64,000 nt of DNA, from IMG/VR virus record IMGVR_UViG_3300028569_000030, positions 15,100-79,099 of that record. One strand, written 5' to 3'. A program made the translations under genes and the position numbers. Under the pieces are notes generated by a model. It ran no database searches and was not told the DNA's origin. It saw nothing but the letters and a program-made list of their open reading frames with translations. Of the stretch, positions 9,595 through 18,005 are shown in pieces (positions within the stretch are counted from its first letter, which is position 1; each line of letters opens with the position of its first letter). Source of the stretch: a virus.

Positions 9595-10374
9595 ATGAGT
9601 TCTAAGTACATACATAATATTTCGGGAGAAGCTAATACTTATCAGGGAATAGAAATTGATAATAATTCTTTTTACCAAATACCTGAAAATCTATTAATAG
9701 AGTTCCAAAATGAGTCGAACCTACTTACTGACTTATTAGCCGGAAACGTAAGAATGAGTTCTGATGGTATAACAGACTATTCTACGACACCAATAACTAA
9801 TTTTAATTTTTTAAGAAATGAACATTATCAAGTTGATGAAGAAGGGAGACAAATAACTCGTACTGCTGCTGGTAAGGCAGGGTGGGTTTATTTTGCACAC
9901 CCAATTGAGTTTGAGACTGCTAAGATAGGTAGTTTATATGAAAAAGATAAATCAGGTTCAAGTAGGGGAATTAGTACGATTAAGTTTTACGATGTAAATG
10001 ATGCTGAGATTACAGACGCTCAGTACGAAGCTAATATAGTAAAAACTGTAATACTATTCAAACCATCTTATGATTACGAACTTATAGCTGGTAATATACA
10101 ACAAATAGATTCTCCGAGTACTGACATTCGTTTATGGGTCATTGGCGGATTAATAGAGCTAGGCGGAGCTTACGTTAAGGAATTTGCAGGAGGATTGAAT
10201 ATGCGGTATTATGGAGCCAATGAATCAGTAAAAACAGACGGTAGGGCAGCTAAATATATGAAGAAAGATATTGACGGAGTTCCTTACCAAGCTAATCAAT
10301 TGCAAATAATAGTAAAACATAACGCAGGGGTGCAACATAGACTTATGCTAACTCTTGAATATTTTAGAGCGTAA
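9595..10374 (+). CDS. Virion structural protein
   Basis: N-terminal ~70 aa similar to N-terminus of the 8893 protein. Confidence 0.5.
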   Translation: MSSKYIHNISGEANTYQGIEIDNNSFYQIPENLLIEFQNESNLLTDLLAGNVRMSSDGITDYSTTPITNFNFLRNEHYQVDEEGRQITRTAAGKAGWVYFAHPIEFETAKIGSLYEKDKSGSSRGISTIKFYDVNDAEITDAQYEANIVKTVILFKPSYDYELIAGNIQQIDSPSTDIRLWVIGGLIELGGAYVKEFAGGLNMRYYGANESVKTDGRAAKYMKKDIDGVPYQANQLQIIVKHNAGVQHRLMLTLEYFRA

Positions 10375-10375
10375 T

Positions 10376-10867
10376 ATGGAAAATATGGTAATAGGATTTT
10401 CTAAGTCAAAAGGATTTAAGCCCTTTAGCTGGCTTATTAGATTATTCGAAGGCACTAATTATTCTCATGTTTATATTAAATTCAACAATACTTATTATAA
10501 CGATGTGGAAATTTACCAAGCAAGTAAAGGAATGGTTAATCATTTATTAGAAGGTCAATTTCTAATAGAGAACGACGTTCTTTCTGAATTTTTAGTATCA
10601 CTAGATGAGAAAAAACCTGTAATAAAATTTCTTAGAGAAAGACTGGGAAAGCCATATTCTAGGTCTACCGTTATTGGTATATTTTTATCTAAGGTAGGTA
10701 TTATTAGTAAAAAATTCTACGACAAAGAACAAGCATATATTTGTTCAGAGCTGGTAGCTAGAGCACTAAAAGAAATGAATAAATTGCCAAACGATATAAA
10801 TGTAGATATGGCAACTCCAGCACAATTATATAATCTATGCAAGAATAGTTTTACACAAATTAAATAG
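10376..10867 (+). CDS. Permuted papain-like (NlpC/P60, YiiX/YebB-type) hydrolase
   Basis: His first (YSHVYI), then LGKPY, then YICSELVA with catalytic Cys, then TP..L. Confidence 0.75.
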   Translation: MENMVIGFSKSKGFKPFSWLIRLFEGTNYSHVYIKFNNTYYNDVEIYQASKGMVNHLLEGQFLIENDVLSEFLVSLDEKKPVIKFLRERLGKPYSRSTVIGIFLSKVGIISKKFYDKEQAYICSELVARALKEMNKLPNDINVDMATPAQLYNLCKNSFTQIK

Positions 10868-10874
10868 GAAAGTT

Positions 10875-11804
10875 ATGGATAAAAAATCAATGTTAGAGAG
10901 TTATTTGCGAGGTCTTGGTCAAGATTTATCTTTTAACATGATCGACGAAGGGGAAGCTAAGATTAGAGAATTGATTGGAGAAGGTGATTACGAACAACTT
11001 GCTGAAAAAATAAGAAATGAATATAGCCAAGCAGAATCAGATAATCCTAAAAGCTATATGGCTGGCGAACTATCCGGAACTGCCGGAAGCTTGCTCATAC
11101 CAGGAGGAGCTGCTAAAGCTGCTCTAAAAGGAGCTAAAAGGTTAGCATTAGAGTCTGTAGCTAAAAATGCTCTAGGAACATATGGTCGCTCTAATGGAGA
11201 AGAATTATCTGCTGGAGATATGGCAATGGTAGCATCTTCCGGATTGCCTATGTCTAAGATATCTAATAAAATTCCTTGGAAGGTAGGTAAGGGTGTTAAA
11301 AAAATAGAAGATGGTGTTGAAGATAATTTTGGTAAGGTGACCAATAAGTTAGATCCTCTACAAGAAGCTCAGTTAAAAGTTAAAGGCAAGGTATTGCAAA
11401 AATTAGATCCTATTCAAGAAGCTGAATTAGGCTTTGGAGGTAAGGTAATACAAAAACTTGATCCAAAACAAGAAGCAGCTCTTGTCACCAAAGGCGGAGT
11501 GCATTGGGAAGGCGGAAGTTCTCCAACTAGAAGCAAAATGAAAGAACAGGCAGAAGACTTGGCAGAAAACGAGTCAAATCGTATATCACAAGCTAAAAAA
11601 AGAATAGAAACAAGGAAAGAGCTTGAAAATACTGAAAATGCTATTTCATCAATGCAAAAAGAAGTAAAACAAGCAGAAGACACTCTTCCATTAAGTCCAA
11701 GCCTAAGAAGACAGTTTTTTGAAGAGAAATCCAAAGAATTAGGTCAATCACAGCAAAACAAAGATAAGTTATTAAATTTACTACAATCCCTAAAATCTAA
11801 GTAG
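10875..11804 (+). CDS. Hypothetical protein with ejection-protein-like N-terminus and 18-aa repeats
   Basis: N-terminus aligns with that of the 23240 protein; GKV..KLDP.QEA x3. Confidence 0.55.
   Translation: MDKKSMLESYLRGLGQDLSFNMIDEGEAKIRELIGEGDYEQLAEKIRNEYSQAESDNPKSYMAGELSGTAGSLLIPGGAAKAALKGAKRLALESVAKNALGTYGRSNGEELSAGDMAMVASSGLPMSKISNKIPWKVGKGVKKIEDGVEDNFGKVTNKLDPLQEAQLKVKGKVLQKLDPIQEAELGFGGKVIQKLDPKQEAALVTKGGVHWEGGSSPTRSKMKEQAEDLAENESNRISQAKKRIETRKELENTENAISSMQKEVKQAEDTLPLSPSLRRQFFEEKSKELGQSQQNKDKLLNLLQSLKSK
11331..11492 (+). repeat. Three imperfect 54-bp coding tandem repeats
   Basis: GGYAAGGT...GATCC...CAAGAAGC units at 11331, 11385, 11439. Confidence 0.7.
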
Positions 11805-11860
11805 TTTTTAATTTGTGTTTTTAACAACTTATACTATAAACCCTCCTAGGAGTCAAGTCA

Positions 11861-12280
11861 ATGGAAAAGAAAAAAAATGCTAAAGCTATGGCATTAAAAG
11901 CAGGTTATCAAGCATTAAGAAATGATATGCAAGATATGCTCAAAGGAGACAGTCTAAAATCATTTGCTTCGTCTAATCCTAAAAAGATGATGAAAGTATC
12001 TGTAGCTGCTGATTCTGAAAAAGATTTAGAAAAAGGACTGTCAAAAGCACAGCAAATTCTTAAAGCTAAATTTAACGACATGCCTACAGAAGACTCAAAT
12101 CCAATGGAAGAAGAGGAATCAGAAGACTTAGAAGAGTGTCCTATGTGCAAAGGTGAAGGCTGTAAAGCTTGTGAAAAAGAAATGCCATATACTGATTCAA
12201 ATGAAGAATCCGAAGAGTCTATAGAAGAGCTAAAAGCTAAACTAGCTTTACTACAAGAAAAGATTAAATCGCTAACTTAG
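11861..12280 (+). CDS. Acidic protein with CxxCxGxGCxxC zinc-binding motif
   Basis: ECPMCKGEGCKAC flanked by Glu-rich tracts; AGGAG RBS. Confidence 0.55.
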   Translation: MEKKKNAKAMALKAGYQALRNDMQDMLKGDSLKSFASSNPKKMMKVSVAADSEKDLEKGLSKAQQILKAKFNDMPTEDSNPMEEEESEDLEECPMCKGEGCKACEKEMPYTDSNEESEESIEELKAKLALLQEKIKSLT

Positions 12281-12289
12281 GTAAATAAT

Positions 12290-13246
12290 ATGTCTAGACG
12301 GATGACTTCAGACGACCTAGTTCGTGCAGTCAGAAGTAGAGGGATGATTCCTTCGGATACTTCTACATACACAGACGAGGCGATAATCAATATTCTTAAT
12401 GAAGAGATAGATGTTGGGCTACTTGACTCTATTATGTCTGTTAGCGAAGAGTATTTAGTATATAGCGAAGACATAGCTGTAATTCCAGGACAAAAAGCCT
12501 ACAAAATTCCATATAGAGCAGTGGGAAACAAACTAAGAGACGTGTTTATAGTAGATTCAAGCACTTCATTATATGAGTGTACTAGAATTTCTATTGAAGA
12601 AATAGCGCAATACTCTGGAAATACTAGCTCTTTTTCAGGACGATTGTTTGGATTTTACGTTCAAAATGATTCAATTATATTCCCTAATGCAAGCATAGAT
12701 TCATATACTACAATTAGAATGTATTTTTATTTACGCCCTAATAAACTAGTACTAGAAGAGCAATGCTGTCAAATAACAGCTATAGATACGTTAACTGGGA
12801 TAATATCAGTATCTACTATAGACTCAGAGTTTTCTAGTCTACCTAATGTTGATTTTATATGCAACAAATCTCCAAATAAAATAATATCATACGACGTTCC
12901 TATTATGTCAATTAGCGCAAGCACTAATCCAAAAACTATAACATTAGATCCTTCTAATATACCAGCAGGACTAGCTGTAGGAGATTGGATCTCTCAACAA
13001 GAGGAAACTCCAATCCCAAACGTACCAACAGAATGGCATCCTGTATTAGCTCAAAGAGCTGTTGTTTATATAATGGAAGCTATTGGAGATACAGAAGGAT
13101 TAACTAACTCACTTAAAAAATTAGCTCAAATGGAAAAGTCTGTGATGAAAATGACAGATAATAGAGTAGAGGGCGCACCTCAAAAAATAAAAAATAGAAA
13201 TGGTTTGCTTTCGGGAAGAAATTCATTCAGATCTAGGGGGTTCTAA
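12290..13246 (+). CDS. Head-tail adaptor / tail tubular protein A-like
   Basis: N-terminal helical hairpin (DEAIINILNE), Y.IP motif, C-terminal VPTEWHPVLA...AV helix; precedes nozzle gene. Confidence 0.6.
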   Translation: MSRRMTSDDLVRAVRSRGMIPSDTSTYTDEAIINILNEEIDVGLLDSIMSVSEEYLVYSEDIAVIPGQKAYKIPYRAVGNKLRDVFIVDSSTSLYECTRISIEEIAQYSGNTSSFSGRLFGFYVQNDSIIFPNASIDSYTTIRMYFYLRPNKLVLEEQCCQITAIDTLTGIISVSTIDSEFSSLPNVDFICNKSPNKIISYDVPIMSISASTNPKTITLDPSNIPAGLAVGDWISQQEETPIPNVPTEWHPVLAQRAVVYIMEAIGDTEGLTNSLKKLAQMEKSVMKMTDNRVEGAPQKIKNRNGLLSGRNSFRSRGF

Positions 13247-16200
13247 TGCCCAGTTCAAATTTACTAACCTGTGTAGGTTTAGTAACATACACCTCAGAAA
13301 CTAATGCTCCTGAAGGATCGTTAGTTATTGCAGATAACGTAAATATAGATGAGCCTAATGTCATTACTCCTCGTAGAGGGTTTGACGACTTTTTAAGCAC
13401 TATATCTCTTTTAGATGATACTAAAAGACTAAAGCAAATAATACAATATAAGAATAAAATAATAAGACATTGGGATGATCATTTAGAATATGAAGACGGA
13501 ACTACGTTCTCTCAATTCTCTGGAAATTTTTCTGAGCTTCAAGCTGGCTTAAGAATAAAAGCAAAAGAATCAAATAGTAACTTATATATAACAACTTCTG
13601 ATGGCATAAAGAAAATATCTGCTACAGATTCTTCAGATTTTACTACTTCTGCCGACTATATAGTATCAGCAGGTGCAGCAAAAGCCACAGACTTGTTTGC
13701 TAAGATAGTTCCAAGTTCTGGTGGATTTCTTCCTCCTCAATCAAAAGTAGCATACAGATGTCTATTTGGATACAAAGATGCTAATAGTAATTTGTTATTA
13801 GGCACTCCAAGTTCTAGATATATTTTATCAAATACTAGTTCTGATTTATCAGTTCCTGAACAAGATACTCTAACTATAACAGGCACCACATTCTCTGCAA
13901 ACGATTATATTCTATTTAATTCCACTACAACTAGCTACTATCTTTGGTTTGATACAACTGGTTCATCAAATATACCAGTCACTAATGATACAGTAGGAAA
14001 GACCGCAATTAGAGTTATTTTAAATGGTTATACTGGATCAGCTAGTCAAATAGCAGCAAAAATAGCAGAGAGCATATCTTCTTCTAGTACAGAATTTGTA
14101 GTGTCGTCAAATTCCAATATAGTAACTATAGAAAATACAAAGGGTGGAAATGTTACTGATATTTCTACTGGATCATCAGGAGTTTTTAGTAGTAATATCA
14201 CAGTAGCTACATCGGTTTCCGGACTAATTGTTGAAGCTAGTGCGGCTAATGGACAGATAGAAGCAATTATCCCTACTGGAGTAGATACTAGTTATTTTTT
14301 CCAACTATATAGAAGCTCGATAATTACCGCAGCAGACGGAGTTAATGTAGATGAAATATCTCCAGACGATGAATTACAATTAGTTTACGAAACTCCTATC
14401 ACTGCATCCAATATAACATCTGGAACTATAATAGTTTTAGATAGTACTCCAGAATCTTTTAGAGAGTCTGGACTTCCTTTATATACGAATGCACAAACAG
14501 GTGAAACTATATTACAGTCTAATGACAGGCCTCCAGTAGCTACTGATTTAGAGTCGTTTAGAAACTCTATGTTCTACTCTAATACTTCTATAGCTCACAA
14601 ACTAAACTCTACATTATTATCAGTAGATGATTTTATATCAGAATCTACCCAATTTTATGTTGGAGATAGTTCTGGAATACAAAGTTACACATTTAGAGGA
14701 TCTAAAGAAACATTTGAACTAACTCCAGCTAGAAAATCTAGAACTGTTGGTGGGTCTTATTTAAATTTATACTCTGCTAATAATTTAGTAGATTATTATA
14801 TGTGGTTATACAAAGGGGCTTTTACTTTATCCTTTAACTCTACCGCAGATGTTAACGCTGCAACAGATGAAATAACAATACCATCTCACGGACTAGAAAC
14901 AAATGATGCTGTTGTTGCAGGCGGAACTACTCCAGGAGGAATAACTTCTGGAACTACTTATTACGCAATTAGAATTAGCGATAATATAATACAACTAAGT
15001 GCTACCGTAAACGGATCGGCTGTGAATATAGCCACTGCAATCGGTACAGGGACTCTTTTTCATGAGGCGGTAGATCCTGCAATAGCCGGTAAAGTCGGAA
15101 TTAGGGTCGATCTATCGCTTTACCCTGACTCTTTAGCCGGAACTAAAGAAGCTATAATTGATTCTTTTTTGGAAATTACTGATTTTTCTGTATCAGATAC
15201 AGTTACTACTGCATTATTGTTTACGTTGTCCTATAATGGAGATGCTAAATTACCAACATTCAGCACCCCTACTCCTGGATCTCAATGGAGTTTAGTGGTT
15301 ACTAACGAAGGAAGAGGAGAGACTAGAAGAGGATCTATTACAGCTCTAGCTCTTACAAATCCAGTTCAAATAACTGCTGCCAATCATGGATTAGAAACTG
15401 GAGATTCTGTAACACTATCTTTAAGTACTATAATTGCTCTTAATGGTAATCATACCATAACTGTCATAGATCCTAATACTTTTAGCGTAGTATATAACAA
15501 CACACTAGGATCTACTGATACTGGATCATATAGAGAAGTTACTAATTTTGTGTACTTATCTAACTATCCATCTATTTCCCAAGCTATAGAAGAAACGGCT
15601 AAATCATTAATTAAAATGATAAATTTAAACCAAAGCTCTTCTATTATAGGATTCTACACATCAGGAGCTGATGATCTTCCTGGCAAAATGTTATTTGAAA
15701 AAAAATCTCTGGAAGATGAATCTTTTTATATAGCAATAAGTAGCTCTTCTTTATCTGGAGAATTTAATCCAGATATTCCGGCAATAGCGTCAGTATCAAC
15801 TGTTACCTTTAGTGCTGGATCTGGGTCTGCTGCAAAAATTACAACTCCGTCTCCCAACGGACTATCATCAAACTCTTATTTATACGTATCTAGTCCTAAT
15901 ACTACTCCATCATTTGCTGGAAAATATAAAATAACTGTATTATCTCCTACAGCTTACACTGTTCCTGTCAATATTACCGGACAAGATTTAGTAGGTACTA
16001 GTTGTTTCTATTACTTAGCTACTCAAGAATCTAGTAATGAGAAGTCTATAAATAGATTATATTTTTCTAAGTTTGGAATACCGGAAGCTGTTCCGTATTC
16101 TAATTATATAGACATTGGCCCAAAAGATAAAGCAATATTAAGAATATTAGCACTAAGAGATAATCTTTTTGTTATTAAAGAAGACGGTATTTATATAGTA

Positions 16201-17577
16201 TCTGGTCAAATAGCCCCTAATTTTAGTGTTAGATTACTAGATAGAAATGCTGCGGTAACTGCTCCTGATACGGCAGTAGTATTAAATAACCAAATATTTG
16301 CACTAGCTGACCAAGGAGTCATATCTATCTCTGAGTCTGGAGCACCTATTATATCTAGATTGATTGAAGATAAAATAAAAGCAGTAACTAATAATAGATT
16401 TAATTATAAGTCTTTATCTTTTGGAGTAGGGTACGAAACTGATAGGGCTTATATAATTTGGCTACCTACAAAAACTACTGATGAAGTATCTACACAATGT
16501 TACAGATATAATATATTTGAAAAAACTTGGACTAGATGGACAAAATCAGCTACTTGTGTGTTAGTAAAAGATGAAGATGATAAATTATATCTTGGAGCAG
16601 GGGATAGGGCTTTTATCCAACAAGAAAGAAAATCAAATGATAGAACTGATTATGCAGATAGATCTATTTTAAAAGCAGTCTCTACAAATGGGTACAATCC
16701 TACGGATAGAACTATAATTTTAAATAGTGTTTTAGATGTGGAAGTTGGAGATGTTATCCTACAGGAACAAACAGTAACTATTAGTATATACAATAGACTA
16801 TTAAGAAAGTTAGATATTGATGGTGGAGTTGGGGATGCTAATTACGAAACCACTCTCTTAATGAACTCTGGAGATAATTTAGCAAGTAAATTAAATATGC
16901 TAAATGCTAAGCTATATGTCGATATAGGGAGTCCTATAGACAATTCTAGAGTGTTTACTAATGATTTTGAAGCTATGAGAACGAAGTATAATGATCTAAT
17001 AGATGAGCTTAATGATATCTCAGCCTCTACTCTTTTTAAGAATTACAAAAAAATAGAAACAGAGGAGGACTATCCAACTCCTTATGAAGCTATTATTATA
17101 GAAGTGACTAAATCTATAAATAAGGTTAAAATAAGTCTACCTGCTGCTTTTGTAGAAGGTGAATTGACAATTTACAAAAACATAAAGAATGTAATTCAAT
17201 GGTCTCCATTACATTACGGAAACCCTATGGCATTTAAACAAGTAAATACCGCTACTTGTATATTTGATCAGAATAATTTTTATAGCGCAACTATGTCTTT
17301 TAGCTCTGACTTATCTCAGTCATTTGTTGAGATTCCTTTTTACGGAAAAGGCTTAGGGTATTGGGGATATGGAACTTGGGGAGATGTTAACCTATACTGG
17401 GGCGGTAATGGTAATGATGTTCCTTATAGAGACTTTGTTCCACAAGAAAAGCAAAGATGTAGATATTTAAATGTTAAATTTTCCCATGTCAATTCTAGAG
17501 AATATTGGAGAATATTGGGTATTTCATCAAATGTTAGGCCGTACTCTGACAGAGCATATAAGAGTGTTAGGGGGTAG
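13246..17577 (+). CDS. Tail nozzle / tubular protein B-like (podovirus type) with inserted domains
   Basis: ADNVNIDEPNVITPRRGF N-terminus, RLYFSK..PEAVP, ALRDNLFVIKEDGIY propeller-like repeats; three inserted IT...(H/N)GL domains. Confidence 0.65.
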   Translation: MPSSNLLTCVGLVTYTSETNAPEGSLVIADNVNIDEPNVITPRRGFDDFLSTISLLDDTKRLKQIIQYKNKIIRHWDDHLEYEDGTTFSQFSGNFSELQAGLRIKAKESNSNLYITTSDGIKKISATDSSDFTTSADYIVSAGAAKATDLFAKIVPSSGGFLPPQSKVAYRCLFGYKDANSNLLLGTPSSRYILSNTSSDLSVPEQDTLTITGTTFSANDYILFNSTTTSYYLWFDTTGSSNIPVTNDTVGKTAIRVILNGYTGSASQIAAKIAESISSSSTEFVVSSNSNIVTIENTKGGNVTDISTGSSGVFSSNITVATSVSGLIVEASAANGQIEAIIPTGVDTSYFFQLYRSSIITAADGVNVDEISPDDELQLVYETPITASNITSGTIIVLDSTPESFRESGLPLYTNAQTGETILQSNDRPPVATDLESFRNSMFYSNTSIAHKLNSTLLSVDDFISESTQFYVGDSSGIQSYTFRGSKETFELTPARKSRTVGGSYLNLYSANNLVDYYMWLYKGAFTLSFNSTADVNAATDEITIPSHGLETNDAVVAGGTTPGGITSGTTYYAIRISDNIIQLSATVNGSAVNIATAIGTGTLFHEAVDPAIAGKVGIRVDLSLYPDSLAGTKEAIIDSFLEITDFSVSDTVTTALLFTLSYNGDAKLPTFSTPTPGSQWSLVVTNEGRGETRRGSITALALTNPVQITAANHGLETGDSVTLSLSTIIALNGNHTITVIDPNTFSVVYNNTLGSTDTGSYREVTNFVYLSNYPSISQAIEETAKSLIKMINLNQSSSIIGFYTSGADDLPGKMLFEKKSLEDESFYIAISSSSLSGEFNPDIPAIASVSTVTFSAGSGSAAKITTPSPNGLSSNSYLYVSSPNTTPSFAGKYKITVLSPTAYTVPVNITGQDLVGTSCFYYLATQESSNEKSINRLYFSKFGIPEAVPYSNYIDIGPKDKAILRILALRDNLFVIKEDGIYIVSGQIAPNFSVRLLDRNAAVTAPDTAVVLNNQIFALADQGVISISESGAPIISRLIEDKIKAVTNNRFNYKSLSFGVGYETDRAYIIWLPTKTTDEVSTQCYRYNIFEKTWTRWTKSATCVLVKDEDDKLYLGAGDRAFIQQERKSNDRTDYADRSILKAVSTNGYNPTDRTIILNSVLDVEVGDVILQEQTVTISIYNRLLRKLDIDGGVGDANYETTLLMNSGDNLASKLNMLNAKLYVDIGSPIDNSRVFTNDFEAMRTKYNDLIDELNDISASTLFKNYKKIETEEDYPTPYEAIIIEVTKSINKVKISLPAAFVEGELTIYKNIKNVIQWSPLHYGNPMAFKQVNTATCIFDQNNFYSATMSFSSDLSQSFVEIPFYGKGLGYWGYGTWGDVNLYWGGNGNDVPYRDFVPQEKQRCRYLNVKFSHVNSREYWRILGISSNVRPYSDRAYKSVRG

Positions 17578-17579
17578 TA

Positions 17580-17987
17580 ATGAGGATGTATAGCAAATTA
17601 AAGATAAGTGCTGAGGACTACCCAGATGAGTTTCAAGAAGCAATCGGGATATTAGCAGATACATATAATCCATTTGTAGACGAGTTAGAGACTATTTTAA
17701 ATGGGAATATAGATTTTGAAAACCTAAATCAAATAACTTTCCAAATAGAAATTACTGTAGATTCTACAGGAAAGCCTATTTCTGGAGGAAAAGCTACTCT
17801 TTCTGGAAAGAATCAGCCTTTGGGATTGCAGGTTATAAAAGCACAAAACTTAACTAGTTCCAATACTTATCCGACTAGCCAGCCGTTTATAAGCTATACT
17901 CCGTCTGGAACAGGTATTATACAGTTTAATAATATCAGTGGTTTACAAGCTAATAATAAATATAGATTAACCATAATAGCCTACTAG
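17580..17987 (+). CDS. Tail-associated hypothetical protein
   Basis: Follows nozzle gene; LNGNIDFENL motif. Confidence 0.5.
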   Translation: MRMYSKLKISAEDYPDEFQEAIGILADTYNPFVDELETILNGNIDFENLNQITFQIEITVDSTGKPISGGKATLSGKNQPLGLQVIKAQNLTSSNTYPTSQPFISYTPSGTGIIQFNNISGLQANNKYRLTIIAY

Positions 17988-18005
17988 GATTTAACAACTT
18001 AATAT

